NCBI GenBank assembly: GCA_030324005.1
Contig: JARDVH010000163.1
Span: 63,338,880 to 63,402,879, forward strand
DNA: 64,000 nucleotides
From: Negaprion brevirostris
Lineage: Eukaryota
Direction: 5' to 3'
A program made the translations under genes and the position numbers. The notes under the pieces were generated by a model. It ran no database searches and was not told the DNA's origin. It worked only from the letters and a program-made list of their open reading frames with translations. Below are positions 41,617-56,857 of this stretch, piece by piece (within the stretch, counting starts at the first letter, position 1; every line of letters starts with the position of its first letter).

Positions 41617-42524
41617 TCGTTACACGTCTGGCTGCTCTTTCAGGCTAAGTCAGGCGGTAAAGAGCCTTGGTGTTCACATCAAACATGAGCTGAGCTTCAA
41701 ACCACACACCTGGTCCATTCACATTAACTTTACCTGCCTAAGTCTTAATCTTCCCACCATCAAAACCTTTAAGCCCATTCTTTATAACTATCTCATATAC
41801 CACTTGATGTGCCCCAATTCCTTTTGACTATCTCAACTCTACCTTAAATAAACTTTAACTCTCTAAAATTCTTGGCCGTTCCCTAACTGCACCGTTACTC
41901 CTATTCGCACTGAGTCATTGGGTTCCCTCTCCTAATGTGTTGACCTAAAAACCGTTCTGTTCAAATCCCTCCATGGCTTCACATCCCCCACATGCACACA
42001 ACCTATGTAATCTAACACAACCTTACATCCCAACATGCACCTGCTGCTCTTCCAATGCTGGTTTCGGATGGAATATGCTGTTTTGTGAAAGATACAATAA
42101 AAATATAAAAATTAGTATCTAAAACTTAGTTCTCAAACAAATTGTCTTCATTCTAAACTGTGGTGCTGTGATCAATAAAATGGATGCTCCAATGGAAGAG
42201 GTATGCAAAATTAGATAGGCAGGGGTGTAAAATATTAAGATAAATGATTTTGAAGGTAACAATTACAAATGTTATGATTAACCTATCCAAGTACGAAACG
42301 AGATGCTTAATCCTTGCAAACTAAAGTGCATTGAGGATAAATGTGAAATCACAGCACAAATAGGTTAAAAATTATGGTGCAATGTTATGGATAAAACTAT
42401 ATCTTCCGTGCTGTAACAGCTTAAGATTCTAAGAATCAGATTATTTGGTGTTGGACTTTCAGTACCAGTCAAAAAAAAACAGGCACCATTGATGAAATGG
42501 GATACCAACTGGCATTTAATACGA

Positions 42525-42960
42525 TATAGTGGTTATTTAACTAGACTAGCAATCTAATTGCCCAGATTAACAATCTGGAGACAGGAATTCAAATTTCACC
42601 ATAGCAGAAAACAAATTTGAATTCAGCTAATTAAATAAATCTGGAATTAAAAAGCTCGTACTAGTAAAGATGGTAATAGAGCAGTCAGATTGTTGTAAAA
42701 TCCCAACTTGTGCACCAATGTCTTTTGGGGAAGGAAACCTATGGTTTTGACTTGGTCTGGAGTCAACAATGTGTTTGACTCTTGACAGGCCTCCGAAATA
42801 GCCTAGCAGGCTACTCGATTGTTTGAAACTGCTATATTATAGCAAAATAAAGATTCACAAAGGTGGCTCATTATTACTTTCACAAGATCAAGAGGGATGG
42901 ATAATAATTCTGGCCTTGTCAGCAACAGCCACATCCTACTAACAAATAAACAAAAGGAAA
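42525..42960 (+). mobile_element. tRNA-derived SINE with tail like the 28570-28932 LINE end
   Basis: Body similar to 24434-24720; tail ggatggataataattctggccttgtcagcaacagccacatcc. Confidence 0.55.
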
Positions 42961-43393
42961 ACTTTTTCCTAGTAGCACATAGCTAACAACGTGATTCCCA
43001 GTGAGCTACAAGAAAAGCCCCCAGCTTTAAGCAAACTGGAATAGCTGAAATACCCCACTCTTATAGATTGCAGCTTTGTTGCTGACAATAAATAATCTTT
43101 TGCACTTGACATTATACCCTTTTTAAAGGATAGTTTTCAGCAGGAAGGTGGCCAAATCGTGTTGCTGGAGGCAGATGTGGTAATATGTGCTGCTTAAGGC
43201 TGCCTCGAGAGCCACTTTGGAAAAGGTTATCTTTCATTCTTAGAACTTGCCATGTAAATGGACTATGCTGAGGTAAAAATACTAGAGATGAAAAATTCTA
43301 TGAGTTTACATCAAGCCTGTTCCAAGCATTGACAGGGTGCAAGTCTTCAGATCAACATAACAATGTTAGTTAAAGCATAAATCCATGACATGT

Positions 43394-43534
43394 GGGTTAT
43401 CTTGCAGATGATGTTGACAGAAATCATATTGTTCTGTCACCACCTTTGGCTTTACCACAGCTGCTAAGACCAAGGCCATTAATATCATCTACCAGAAACA
43501 GTGCACCTTCGGAGCCAGTTTGTATATCACCACC
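43394..43534. repeat. ~140-bp direct repeat, copy 2
   Basis: Colinear match to 41477-41616. Confidence 0.9.
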
Positions 43535-45894
43535 TGAGAATCTGAGAAGCTCCATGCCACATTTAACTTTACAGCTGTGATTACAGATTCCATCTGTGGG
43601 GTGTCTATAAATGCTGAGAGCAAGAAAATCCAGCAACTAAATTGTTCTCACCCAGCAACATTTTAATCAATATAATCTGATCTTCTAAATCCTAGTCAGG
43701 AGATGAAGCCAGCAAATAGATCCACTAACCACCCGAGCTTCCCCAACCCTTTGTCTTTACAGGGAAGAGGCTATTTAGTTTTACAGTTCAATTACCCTAG
43801 TGGCTGTAATAAAATTGAGGTGACGTCATGTTCTGGAGCGTGACCATGACATATGGCTAACATATATTTCAGGTGATTGTATCAGCTAAAAATGATCTGA
43901 TTCATCATTACTGAAGGCTCCATGTTTGGACAAAAGAGTCTACTACTGACATCCATAATGACAATCTGCACACTTAAGAAGGGTTGAAGGACCTAAATAA
44001 CAATGGCACAGCGGCTCTATTAAAACATTGTGGGGCTTTCTGTGCAATTCTCATCAATAAGAACTTGCTCATTAAGTATGGAGCAGCGAACTAAACTGTT
44101 CAATACTCAAGACCATTAACATGCCAAAATTAATGTTCCTTAGGTCCATGCTCCTGAAGGCGAACCATTCCGGGAAAGAAACCGTCTTCAGGACAAGATA
44201 AAAGAGGGGCAGGTCAACTATTCAATCGCATTCTGAATATTAATCATCTCGCACTTGTTCCTAGTTGATCTATGTTCCTGCATAACAGAGGCCTTTTCCT
44301 GGTGCCAGAAGTGGTATTTTACTTCTGGTACCATGAAAACGTTGCAGGGGAATTGTGTCTCCTACCAAGTCAAGGGAAATTTCAGGTATTTGGTTTAATT
44401 CAAGTCAGATAGTTGAACTTGAATTTTCATAAAGCATTCAAAAGGTTCACATTAGAGGTTTTAGATAATGATTAAGATCATGGAATCAATTATAAATATT
44501 AAAGGAATAAAAATGGCTTAGAAAACAAAGCATGTGATCCTTAGTGGGAAAAGCCCTGGTGGCAGTAGCAGCCACCCATGGAGTTCCAGAAGGATTTGTT
44601 CTGCTGCACATTTTGCAGAAATTACATGGCAAATACTTCCAGTAATATTTAACTGACTAATTAAACCAAATTATACGGTCACAAAAAAGGACAGGTAATG
44701 TTGTGCTCATCTTTTAAGAGAAAATACACGGAATAAATATCTAATCAAATATAGAGACTGTAGTCATTTCAGGAAAGTTCTGTGAGCAACATGGGCATTT
44801 AGTGAACCTCCCCAGCTCCTTTTCATTTGCTTCTTCAGGTGTCATTGAAACTTTCTAGCCTCACTTCAAATGCATTCTGAAAGAGGTCCCTTCAAAGGGA
44901 TGCTGGGCTCCACCTGTATGTTTGCCATTGAAACCTTGTTAATGGAGCTATGTATAGGCTGGTCTGCAACTCATTTAAGTGTAGCTATCACAAAAGGTTT
45001 ATGACAACGTGAAGTAAGCCATTGAGTTCGATTGACTTGTGTCATTTGACTATTAATCCAATCGATTTTGCAAATTTTCATGTATAGCTTGGGCAGAAAA
45101 TTAAAGCTCTGGGCAAGTTGATGATAGAACTGTAAACAAACTTCTAACACAATGCAAACAAACTGAAAACTTCTAATGTGCTGCAACAAACTGAACCGCT
45201 GACAGAAGCACTATTCATGTTTGGCACCAGAACAAGGTAGGAACAGTTAATAAATAACTACTATAGCATTATGTTTTATTAAAAAGTGTCTAAAATGGTT
45301 CTCCCCATTTGGTTAATGGCCTATTAATTTTAATGTGAAGGTTGAAACAAAGAAAATAATGGGCTCCGAAGTCAGTAACATGTGGATTGCATTACTAAAA
45401 AATGAAACACAATAGCACAGGATAGAAATCCTGGCATGCATACAGACCATGAGCCTCAGTTCCATTTCTTACTTGCTGATCCATTTGGTTTAAACTTTGT
45501 GACCTGGAGGTCCGGAGAGATTCACTTGTAGTCTGTTACCGCACTGGTGCATAAATCCCAATTCAGAACAAACTATTAGTACTAGTAGCTTCAGATCTAT
45601 GCAAACTAATGGGAATTTTGCTTAGCCTGTTGGGCCTCATGGCATCAGCATAAGGTGCCTTGGGAGATAAAAGGTGTGGGTGTTCCAATCAGTTTAATTC
45701 ACCCAATGCATTGAGCTCAACAGCTGACAAATCCAACAGGAGTGCAAAACTTTGACAACTAAAAGCAAAAATGTTAATGTCCTAGAATTAGCTGGAGAAA
45801 GGGAGATAACAAAAAGTATATCCCCTTCACTCATGATTAAAACATCAAGGTGGGATATTTCATTTTTTTAAATGAGTTATGAATTTCAAACCAA

Positions 45895-46880
45895 CATTAG
45901 CCATAGTTGAATTGGTAGCACTCACACGTATGAGTCTGGAGACTTCTGGTTCATGCCTCACTCAAGAAATTTCAGCATATAATGTAGGAAGGTACTTCAA
46001 TGCATAACAGAGTGAATGTGGAACTATCAGGTATACAGCATTTTGAGTTGTCAAACCAAAGGCCTTGTGACATACATGAAAAAGATTCCATGGCACTATC
46101 TGAAGAAGAGCAGAGAGTTCACTCAGTGTCCTGGTCAATATTAATCAATCAACACCTAAATACTAATCATACAATTGTGTAGCACAGAAACGCCATTGTG
46201 TTTGTGTCTGGTCTTAATTAGTCCCATTCCCCCATGCTCCCCATAGCCCTGCAAATCTTTTCCTTGGCAAATATACATTCCATTACCTTTTGAAAATCAG
46301 TACTGAAGCTGCTTTCACTGCACTTTCAGGCAATAAAAATAATTCTCATCTCCTCTGACTCTTTGCTAATTATTATAAATNNNNNNNNNNTGTTTCTATA
46401 CCATCATGAAGTGGAAACACTTTCTCCTTACTAATTCTATTAAAACTCCATCAAATTTGAAAAACATTCATTAAATCACACTTCAACATTTTCTGCTCCA
46501 GGGAGAAAAATCCCAGGTTCTCTTGTCCCTCTACCTAAATTGAGTCCCTCTTCCCTAGTTTCAATCTGCTGGAATTCTTCTGTACCCTCTCCAAGGCCTT
46601 AACATGCTTCCTAAAGTGCGCTGAATTCTATACAATACTCTAAGCTAAGGCTCTTCCAGTTTCTTGTAGTGGGTCTCTATTAATAAACCCAAGGATTCCA
46701 AATGCTTGTTAACAGCCTTATAAACTTGTCCTTATAACAGATTACCCAGTCCTGCTATGCACAATTTGGCTGGTGCTCCCCCACATGACAAGAATGACTA
46801 TGTTTCAAAAGTACTTTGCTGATTATAAAACACTTTATAACATCCTGAAATAGTGAAAAGTGCTTTACAAATGTCATTGC
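45895..46880 (+). mobile_element. Old SINE split by a decayed opposite-strand CR1-like fragment (~46170-46740)
   Basis: SINE head/core 45895-46160 (gattccatggcactatctgaagaagagcag); tail aaacactttataacatcctga..gtgaaaagtgc at ~46830. Confidence 0.45.
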
Positions 46881-49800
46881 TTTGTTACTTTCTAAAGAAT
46901 GAAAGGCTCTGTGTTTTTTTGATCCTCAAGTGTAGTGAATATGGCCAATCTCAATATCCAGCTTCTAGGTGCAAATCACACATGCATAGATAATGTGCTA
47001 TCAGAATAGATTTAGAGAAAAGATCTGCCACTCATGTACCAGAATGTTCTCCTATCAGTGAAGTTATCTTGAACTTGAATTTATCCCCAATAACAAGAAT
47101 GTAACTGCTTGAACCATAAAAGGAAGATTTTTAATTCCCTGGATAATCTTTTATTCTGGTGAGCATGAAAAATTGTTTCACAAGATTTTTAAATCAAAAT
47201 CACTAAATAAGGAAACTATCATAATTTAAAAGACTATCAACGTTGTCTATTAATTCTAAGCTCTCAAGAACATAAGATGGTGAAAGCTGCATAAATATAA
47301 TTTTGCCGACATCTGCTGAGGCTTACATTGGCACAGCATGATTCCCAGAAATAAGTATTGTTATCAAGATAATTCTTCGGGGAAGACATATCCTGTTAAT
47401 TTGCAACTTTGATGTGTATTATATTAGTCACCAGTTAATATTGATGGTTATTAGCAGTACATGAGTAACTGAGAACAAGTCTAACAGAATACTAGCAAGG
47501 ATGTGCAAATAAAAATCTGATTACGTGTTCAGAAAGAAATGTATTATTTAAATAGCCAACTTAATCATTCATTTGGATTCCATCCAAAGAAAACAGGAAA
47601 GGTTTAAAAGCGCGTTTACCAAATCATTAAAGTTGGTATGTGACGTCAGGGAGTTTATTTTCTGCAGTAGTGGAGAACATATCAGAATGTGAAAGGTCAG
47701 ACAGCACTTTGCAGAATCCAAAATCTGATGACAGTGATAAGAAAAAGATTCAGTCTTCTACAATTCTACACTTGGTTTAGTTCCATATTTGGTCCCAGCC
47801 CGGGTACCTTTCGCCCAATGCATTTCCTGTAACATAGGAGTATTATACACAATAGCTTGTGTTTCATGTGCAATATAGCTGTAGCTATGTTGTAATTATT
47901 GAGATCCAAAGTTAGGACTAAAGCACAATATTGGGAAAGGTTACTTGTGCTGTGAATCAAACCATGTCATTTTTCACAACAGATGCCAAAACTTGATGGT
48001 ATCCCTATCTCCAATCAAGTCCAAAACCACATTTGCTATCAAAACTTTACTGTTAATTATACAAGATATGGCATTATGAGAATTTGTTTTTCTTCCAAAA
48101 ATGCAGACTTCACACGTCATTTAAATTGTAGGTGCAACTGTTAAAATTAAAGAGAAACAATAAGAAATCTAATACAATCACAACTTTCCAAGAGCACAAG
48201 AGGTAATGAATTCCCTCCAAGTAAAATATATTCAGCCTGCATTAACACTGTTTGACACACTAATAGTGAGAAACAGTATTAAGTGGCATGCAGTCAGTGC
48301 CATGGGGAATCTTGCCAAGTGAAAGCACTGTCACCAAATGGGAGTTTCCACTATGTTGCTCATGAACGAAAGAAAAGAGGACAGTCAATGCCAGGCTTTA
48401 AACAATGTTTAAAATGACTGGGCAATTTGTGTCAGGAGGCAATAAAAGAAATGAGCGTCAAAAGTAACCTAGTGCCCAATATCCACCTTTTCCACCCTGG
48501 CACTACCAGAACAGGATGAAGCTTAAGAAAATTCTGAAAAATCAAAGACTCAAAACCTAAGACTCATCTTAAAAAAAAACACATTAGATCTGAACTAATT
48601 GGAAACAGATATGCCAATGCCATGATTGAGAGACAGAGTGGCAAATAATCAGATTCATTGCCAAGCAAACTAGTCTGGAATAACACTGCCATTTCAATAA
48701 GTGTAACTGGTTGATTCACTGCCAATATAATTGTTGCCTGTTTTTATTTTGCACTTTGGTTAATAATGTAGAAGAAAGGCATTTTAAATGGTTTCATCCC
48801 AAAAGTGAGCAAGTGTTTTCGCAGTTTGTTTATTCTATGCGATATAGAATTGGTTTCCTGAACCAGATTACATCAAATTCAGTCCAGACCAAAGGCAGAC
48901 ATTGCTCAAAGCTGGACAGTCAGATAGGAATTTGTTCTGGTTAATTCCCAGCCGACAGCTATGCCATGGTGGAATCAGAGGAGAAAACAAGATCCAGAGC
49001 CAAGAAACACAAGATGACAACATCTTGGAAAAGGTGGTGGGTTGTTTAGAATCTAGTAGACAGCATGGTAAAAATATTGATCAGATACACTGAAAGCAGC
49101 AATGCTTCTATACCCATGGAGCATTTTCATTACAGTTAGAAATGTGACAAGAGAAATACCACTACAGCATGTATGGTATAAATGGCCTCTTGAATACTTA
49201 GCAAGGCAGTTAACATGAGTGCATGGCATTGTCTGGTAAAAATAACAGAGCAGTTGAACAAACACTTCAAGAGTTAAAGCTATACTGCCCCCCAGTGTCA
49301 GTTTTCACTCATTACTCACATGAAGATTTTATTTTAAAGTCATAATGTTTTTCATGCTAATCTTTGCTTCCCTCCTGAAGAACCTTGGTGAGACAGAATT
49401 CCATGAGTTTCCTACTACCTTGGCTGAGTTGCCCTCACATGGCAGTCTGGTTGTGAGCAAGGAGGCTAATCAGTAAAGGAGGAAATCACAATGGACCCTA
49501 ATTCAATCCTGAAACCTCGTTCATATATCAAGTACACCTCCAGTAAAAATGGTTATGACAGCAATTAAGAACAATTTTTTTTGCTCTTTCCTAACCAAGG
49601 AACAAGGGCCAATTGTAGACCTCACGTCATTTAAGGATGAGGTTAGCTCACTCAACATGGATTGAGATTTGAGTTTAGGAACACTGAGATATTGGACTCA
49701 ATGGAATTTATGTTGACTCCAAATACAACTTGAACACTTAGGATATTTTGAAGACAGTGCTTCAAATATTTAACTTGGAAGACTAGTAAAATAGTCCAGT

Positions 49801-51744
49801 CTACATCAGAATCCCCAATGTGCCCTCAGAAAATTAAAACCCACTCCCAAAAGCAGCATCTGACTGAATCACAGCATCAACCTTGCTCCCAAGCAGTTGG
49901 TTGCCACTGTTACACAGAATTAAAGCTTAGGCATTTCTTATGGTGACTACTGAACCCACCTAATCTGAACATACAACAAGATGCATGCTTTAAACTGTAT
50001 GCAGTGAAGTTAGAACTCAGCAATGAAATATGCAGCAATAATCCCAGTGTCCTCAGTTAAGATGCACACAGCACCGTAAAGAACAACTGCAACCACCTGG
50101 TTGATACTACATGCAAGAAAAGTCCTCCCATGATAATTAAATGGGTAAATGCATCAGTAACATGAAACCAAGTCATACAGACAAATTACGTTCCAGGTTG
50201 CTGACTAGTATTCGAAAGGAATGTACTACTGTTGTCGTAGAATCTGCCACTCATTATCCTACATTCATCACATCCTGACAAGTGCATGTGTACAAATCAG
50301 ACAAGGGCATGAGCAAAGGTGGGTGTGATTCAACTGAGGTCAAATGCCTGCCATCTCTAACTACCTCAGCTAACATATGAATAATGGTCACTTATACTGG
50401 AAAGCTGGAAATGCTTACGGTGCTAACATCCTAAAGCAAATCATTACCTTCAGAACATGAGGAGAAAAGAGAAAACTTGTGATTTTCTTTACTTACTTCT
50501 AGAATACATGAAGTAATGAAAGCAACTCATGGGGTGAACCAGTAACATAAATGATTAACATTCATACTGAAGTACACGTCTTAAAATATGCATTCATTTC
50601 AAATACTTATTTTCACAGATATGGATTGGTAGCAAGTGTTAGACAAGCAGTTCATCTGTGTGCCCTGTATCCACTATACTTACATTATTAAACAAACGAA
50701 TTAATACTAGATTCTGGACTACGATTAAGAGTTTAAGAGCTCGTGCTTAATTAGTGGGTTTGAAAGTGATGTCACACTGACATTTAGCATTACATAATGC
50801 CAAAGTCCTATTTGACATTGAGGAATGCTTTAATATAAGTTCCCTCTCCAATAATCACTTTGTTCTTTTCAAATGCCTTCCTTTTGCTTGTACAAATCTA
50901 TATATTTCTGCATGAAGTAGCACGGACTGCTAACATTCGCACAAAGCATGCCCATTCATCTTCTTGTTCCCAGCACATGTCCTTGGAGTACTTGAGAGCT
51001 ATAGGGCCCTTGGTCATGCTGTGGCACCATAAAAGTAATATTAACCAAAACTATTGAAGTTAGTGACTGAAATTAAAAAAAAATCAATAGTCATACGTCA
51101 CTTCTGAACAAAAGCTTTATATGAATTGTGGGTCTCTCAACACACTGTGGGAAGAATGTATTTCCCAACAAGGAGTGGCTAGAAGGTCAGAAATAATTAA
51201 CTCAGTTGATCTGTGTGCACGTGTATGCCACAGAAAAAGAGAAAGAAAGAAAGGAGGATAACAAGTAATTATGATTTGATCTAATTTATATAATTTATTC
51301 AGCTCAAACTCTTTTCCTGACCAAGGCCTCAGTCCAAATTTCCAAGTCACTGTCAACATTACAACAGAAACAAATACATTTTCAAAACCGATCTCCCTTT
51401 TTTGTAATCTGTCATTTTAGCATACTGGATTCAAACCAAATAATGCAAATCCACCCTATTAAGTAGCAATTGCTGTGACTATCAATAAATATTGTAGTCT
51501 AAACAGAGTACTTTATAGCAAATTTATCCCAGTCATTTCACCAATCTTTTATCTTGGATCAGAGGCCTTTGCGAAATGAAAATTGTTCCCTCATTTCAGT
51601 TTTTCACGTGATCAGTAAGGAATTGAAAAGATAGACTGGGGTCAAGGCATGCTCTATCAAACATTGGTTTTATATCCATACTGTTTGACCAGTAGAATGA
51701 TGTGTGCAATCATTTATCTTTCATATCAGATGAACCAGTGATAA

Positions 51745-52445
51745 TGGTCCAGATTTTGCAGTCAATAGCATACCAATGACACTCACCACTGATTCCAAAG
51801 TAAGTTGTTCACAACAATCTAGTGATCTCTATGGCATAGATTTCCACTTTCCTGATAAGCTATTTAATGCTGCTGCCCAGGAAAAGGAATGGTCTTTTTG
51901 ACATATAACCGCAGTTGTATCAGCAAGCAGGTAAGCAGCCAATCAAACCGAAGCAGTCAAAGACAGCAAACCAGGAAGATGAAAGCACTTAAAATTTTTC
52001 ATTTTAACTTAAATGCTGAAAGAGCAACTTAAATGACAATTGAGTTTAAATGCAAGCTTAGAGTAAACAAACTCAAAATTTATTAAATTTGATTTTTTTT
52101 AATGGAGAAATTTGATATTCCACAAATATAATATTAGCTTGTCAGAGCTGGAGAGGTTTTTTTTAAAGCAGTAATTATGAAATTAATATGTTGCTAAAAC
52201 CCAATTACTCCTCATTTTTTCAAATGTTTTTATACTGAGATTAACAGCATGAATGTAAATTTTCATCAATTTAATTGATTTTCCATTGATTGCAGTCTGG
52301 GGGTCCCTCAACATTGCATCTTTGAGAGTGAGACAGAATCAATCACGGCAACATCTGGATTTCTGCATTACTCTGCATCTCCAAAAGTTGCTGTCATTCT
52401 CAGTTGAATAAAGACAACAGTCACTGACAGTTTCACCATCATCAC
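51745..52445. repeat. Unclassified ~680-bp interspersed repeat, copy B (opposite orientation)
   Basis: Colinear reverse-complement blocks shared with 15520-16203. Confidence 0.75.
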
Positions 52446-53653
52446 TAAGGTTGGGCAGTATAGTCACATCAATGCGATCACTATACATTTAATTGGGTTC
52501 CAGTTAATAATCACAGACTAAAATACCCCTGGGACATGGATAATCAATAAAAGGTAAAGGTTCTAGGTGAACTAGCGCATTTCAACACTACTCTTTCAAT
52601 TCTGAGACTTGGGTTTGAATTCTGCACGGGCAGTTTGGCTTTCAGATGAGCTATTACCAATTTAATTCCAAAAATAAAGTCCACAGTACACGTTTGTCTT
52701 CAGGATTCTGATTCATAATTCAGCAATCATACTGAACGCTAATAAAAGACTAGAGAAGAGTTCAGATGCATGGTTATGTAAGTTGTTATCACTCAGGAAT
52801 GAGACATTATCATGGAAAACAAAGAGGAATAATTTAATTTTCTGGACTGCAGCCTCATAGCTGAAGCATAAGTGAATATGGAGAGACTTGAGCACATGTT
52901 AGCACCATTTGAAGGTGTTTGGATCAACTATCCTCAAATGAGGCTTTATTTGGAGTAGTAAGCTTTGAATCAGTTAGATTGAACTGGCTAACTGTTCTAC
53001 ACTGCACACACAAACAATCAGGGCAGAATTCAGGCATTCAGCTAGAACAGGAGCTACTGTTTTATATAGCTTGCTGTGGCTGTTGTCAGCCCACTGAATT
53101 ATCAGTCACTATTGAAATGAAGCAGGAAAATATCTTTATTCTGTATGCTTCTGAAACCTGCTGTGAGAATCAATTTCAAACCCATTTTACATTCACAATA
53201 TATATTTTTTGTTAAAGATTATGGCAGTTTTGTGCCCAGTGCAAGAGTTAGTGCTGAGTAAAATGTCTCCACTGTGAGCACCAATATCAAGAGCTCTCAG
53301 GCAATATATGGTACATCAATCTACAAGCAAAACACATCTGTGATTCTGACACAAAAATGTGCTTTAATGCCAACCTCAGACATTGACAATTAACATCGGA
53401 GCACTTTATGTTGTGGGCCCTTGTCCACTGGGAATTTGACTTAAAACAAGCTAGCTGATTATGTTCCAGATTGCATCAGTGTGGCTGGATATGGGTTGAA
53501 ATTCCCACCAAGCAAATAACTCCATGACGCTTAACCTATCACAGTGGTTAAAAACATAGCTTTCAAAACTTACATAAACAAGATATTACACTGTCAAAAC
53601 CTTTGAAGATTCATTTTCAGTATTTTGCAAATTAACAAGTGTACAATTGAAAT

Positions 53654-54060
53654 ATAGAATCACAGAACCCTACAGTGCAGAAAGAGGCCCTTCGGCCCAT
53701 CGAGTCTGCACCGAACACAATCCCGCCCAGGTCCTACCCCCATATCCCTACATATCATACCACTAATCCCTCTAACCTACACATCCCTGGACATTAAGGG
53801 GCAATTTCTTAGCATGGCCAATCAACCTAACCCGCACATCTTTGGACTGTGGGAGGAAACCGGAGCACCCGNNNNNNNNNNNNNNNNNNNNNNNNNNNNN
53901 NNNNNNNNNNNNNNNNNNNNNNNNNNNNNNNNNNNNNNNNNNNNNNNNNNNNNNNNNNNNNNNNNNNNNNNCCACACAGACAGTGACCCGAGCCGGGAAT
54001 CGAACCCAGGACCCTGGAGCTGTGAAGCAGCAGTGCTAACCGCTGTGCCACCGTGCCGCC
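53654..54060 (-). mobile_element. Young HE1-like V-SINE spanning an N gap
   Basis: ggcggcacggtggcacagcggttagcactgc (A box) ...gggttcgattccc (B box), V domain, CR1-type tail; CpGs retained. Confidence 0.9.
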
Positions 54061-55669
54061 ATATCCCTTGGAGAATACGATAAATCTTTAGGGAGTGGGG
54101 GGCACGTGAGAGAATGGTGGATTTCATCTAATCATTTTAGTGCACTTTAGGATAGGCTACTCAGATTAAGGCTTATATAACAAATTTCCAGAGTTTTAAA
54201 GTAACTAATTTACTTCATGACGAATCAATGAAAACACAGCTACTCAGAAACGATGACATAGAAAGCCCTCAGCTTCAATCACTGTACATTACAGTGCAAT
54301 GACAAATGCTTGGCAACGCTCCAGTATAACTGAGACCAGAACTAAATCAGGTTTTCTCTCAGAATATACATGCATGGGTGTACAGTAAAAATAACAGTTC
54401 GCTGACAAGTAGTGAAGATGAAAACACAAAAAAAGACTTATGATTCAAACTTTCACTTCTTTGGTCTGGTGGCATGATTCCCACTTGGGGAATTCACAAA
54501 AATCATCTATCACTCCAAACATTATGTGCTTCTGCTCAAACACATTACCTCACCTGTTACATTAATAGCAAATATTACTATTAAGCTATTGTTTAAGGTG
54601 TGTATGCATATTACAATTTGTAGAGTGTTTGGGCATTAGAGGAGTGAAAATATCAACCCTGTTTGCTGGCAGTCCTGGTAAGTGATAGGCCACATGTACA
54701 TGTTTTGGTGAAGAGAATAGATGCTTGAACATTTCTCAGTAGAACCTTCCCCCCAGTGACTCACTAATCAAAGAATGCAGTGTGGTGTGATGTAAAGCCG
54801 TAAGGAAGACCCAGATTTAATTTCCAATCAGCACTACATTAACTTGACGATAAAGGCTAACATTGAGGGTAACACATCAATATTTCTGAGGTTGTTTTGG
54901 AATGGGGAGAGGACAGAAGCAACTTTCATGTCAGCTTCACTCATTGCATAACATTCTTGCTTCTAGACAAAAGGTGTGAACTTAGCTTGCACCAGCGTTT
55001 GAGATCTTGGTCTACTATGAAGAATGTTGCATTATTGGAGATGCTGTCCATTAAGTAAAATAGTGTACGATGCTAGATTAATTAATGCAAGTATCAATTT
55101 AATCACGGCTGAATTCCAGATCACTATTCAGCCACCTTCCACCATACATGAACGACCTTGGAACCAAGATAACTGGAGAACTCCAATATAACACTGCCTT
55201 CAAAAGAAACATATCTTCCAAAGAAGCAACTTCTATTGCAGTGATTTAATCGATCCTAAATCTGCCACGCGCTAATTATTTGATAATGGGTTCCTCAGTT
55301 TACAAAAGATGAAATCATGAGGATAATGCTGACATCTCACCTACATGTTAAACTTGAATACACTCACTTTGAATAGTTCACTTTGTGACTGCTTTGAAAA
55401 ATAACAACATGAATATTCTTCAAAGCAATAAAGCCTTCACTTAAAACAAAGAAGGAATATTTCTAAAATAATATTTGAAATCTTTATCCCTTTCTCTAAA
55501 CACTCTCCTCACCAAGTCCTAAAACCTCTTGGTACACAAGTGGAACAGACTAACGAATGAAATAATGTTAAAGGAAGCCATCTATGTCACAGACTCATGT
55601 CCCATTGGTACAGACATACCCAACTGATACAAGTGCCCCTCCATCAGTACAGGCTGGACCTGGATACAA

Positions 55670-56075
55670 ATAGTTAAGTGTGAGCTGTAGTTCAGTGTTA
55701 GCACTCTCAACTGAGAAAGAAGGTCTTGGTTTCAAGTCCCATTCCTGGCATGAGCACGAAGTCTAGACTGGAACTCCTGTGCAGTATTGAGGAAGGCTGC
55801 ACTGTCAGAGGTGTTGTCTTTTCAGATATGTTGCTAATCTCAGGCAGATGTAAAGGATTCCATGGCATTAATATCTTATGGAAGAGCAAGGCGGTACTGT
55901 CCAATGCCCTGGCCAACAGTTATCTCTCAACCAACAACTAAAAGGATCACACTACAATTTGTGGGAGCTTGCTGTGCATAAATTGGTTGCTTGGTTTCCT
56001 ACAGTACAACAGTGGCCACGCTTTAAAATGCTGTGCAACATTCTGAAAGGAGCTACAGAAATACAAGTCTTTCTT
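55670..56075 (+). mobile_element. Old SINE (DeuSINE/SacSINE-like)
   Basis: gctgtagttcagtgttagcactctc...tttcaagtccc head; tgtgggagcttgctgtgcataaattgg core; atacaagtctttcttt tail. Confidence 0.6.
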
Positions 56076-56671
56076 TCAAATCCCAGGGATTACGAAACCC
56101 AATTTGATAGAGAAATAAAAAACACACCGACAGTTATGAGCAGCATACTTAAGCCACAATGTTCAGATTGCGGAATAGGTATTATGCAGCACTGGGGCTG
56201 CATTATGAACAATTGGGTGCTAACAGTTTGGGATTGGTTGCAAGAGTGGCCTGTGTGTGTATGTATGCAAAATTTTTGTGTCAATATATGGTTTTCATGT
56301 GCTTAAACAACAAGACTTAATTTCTTTGGTAAAATTTCTGGGGGCAAACCTATGTGCTTTTTGAAATAATGAAATGGAGACCCACAAAACTACCTTAATT
56401 ACAGTTGCCCTCAGAAAAAAACACACATTACAAAAGGAGACATCCCACAAAAATATTATAATCTTAGCATTTCAAATGAGAGGACACATGATATGATGGA
56501 CAGAAGTATCGGGAATTGAAGAGTTATGAGAAATATGCGGAAGATGTATTAATAATACATGTTTTGCTACTCTCTGCATGAAGGGGGAATGGGGTTTTAA
56601 GCAGATGTTTAACTAATTGTCACAGCCTACTCAAGCACTGGTTGCTGGATTATTGCCAGATGTACATGTTA

Positions 56672-56857
<186 letters not shown>

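Noticed and set aside
53990-54060. tRNA-like A/B boxes as a tRNA gene
   Set aside because: They are the head of a V-SINE repeated several times in the window
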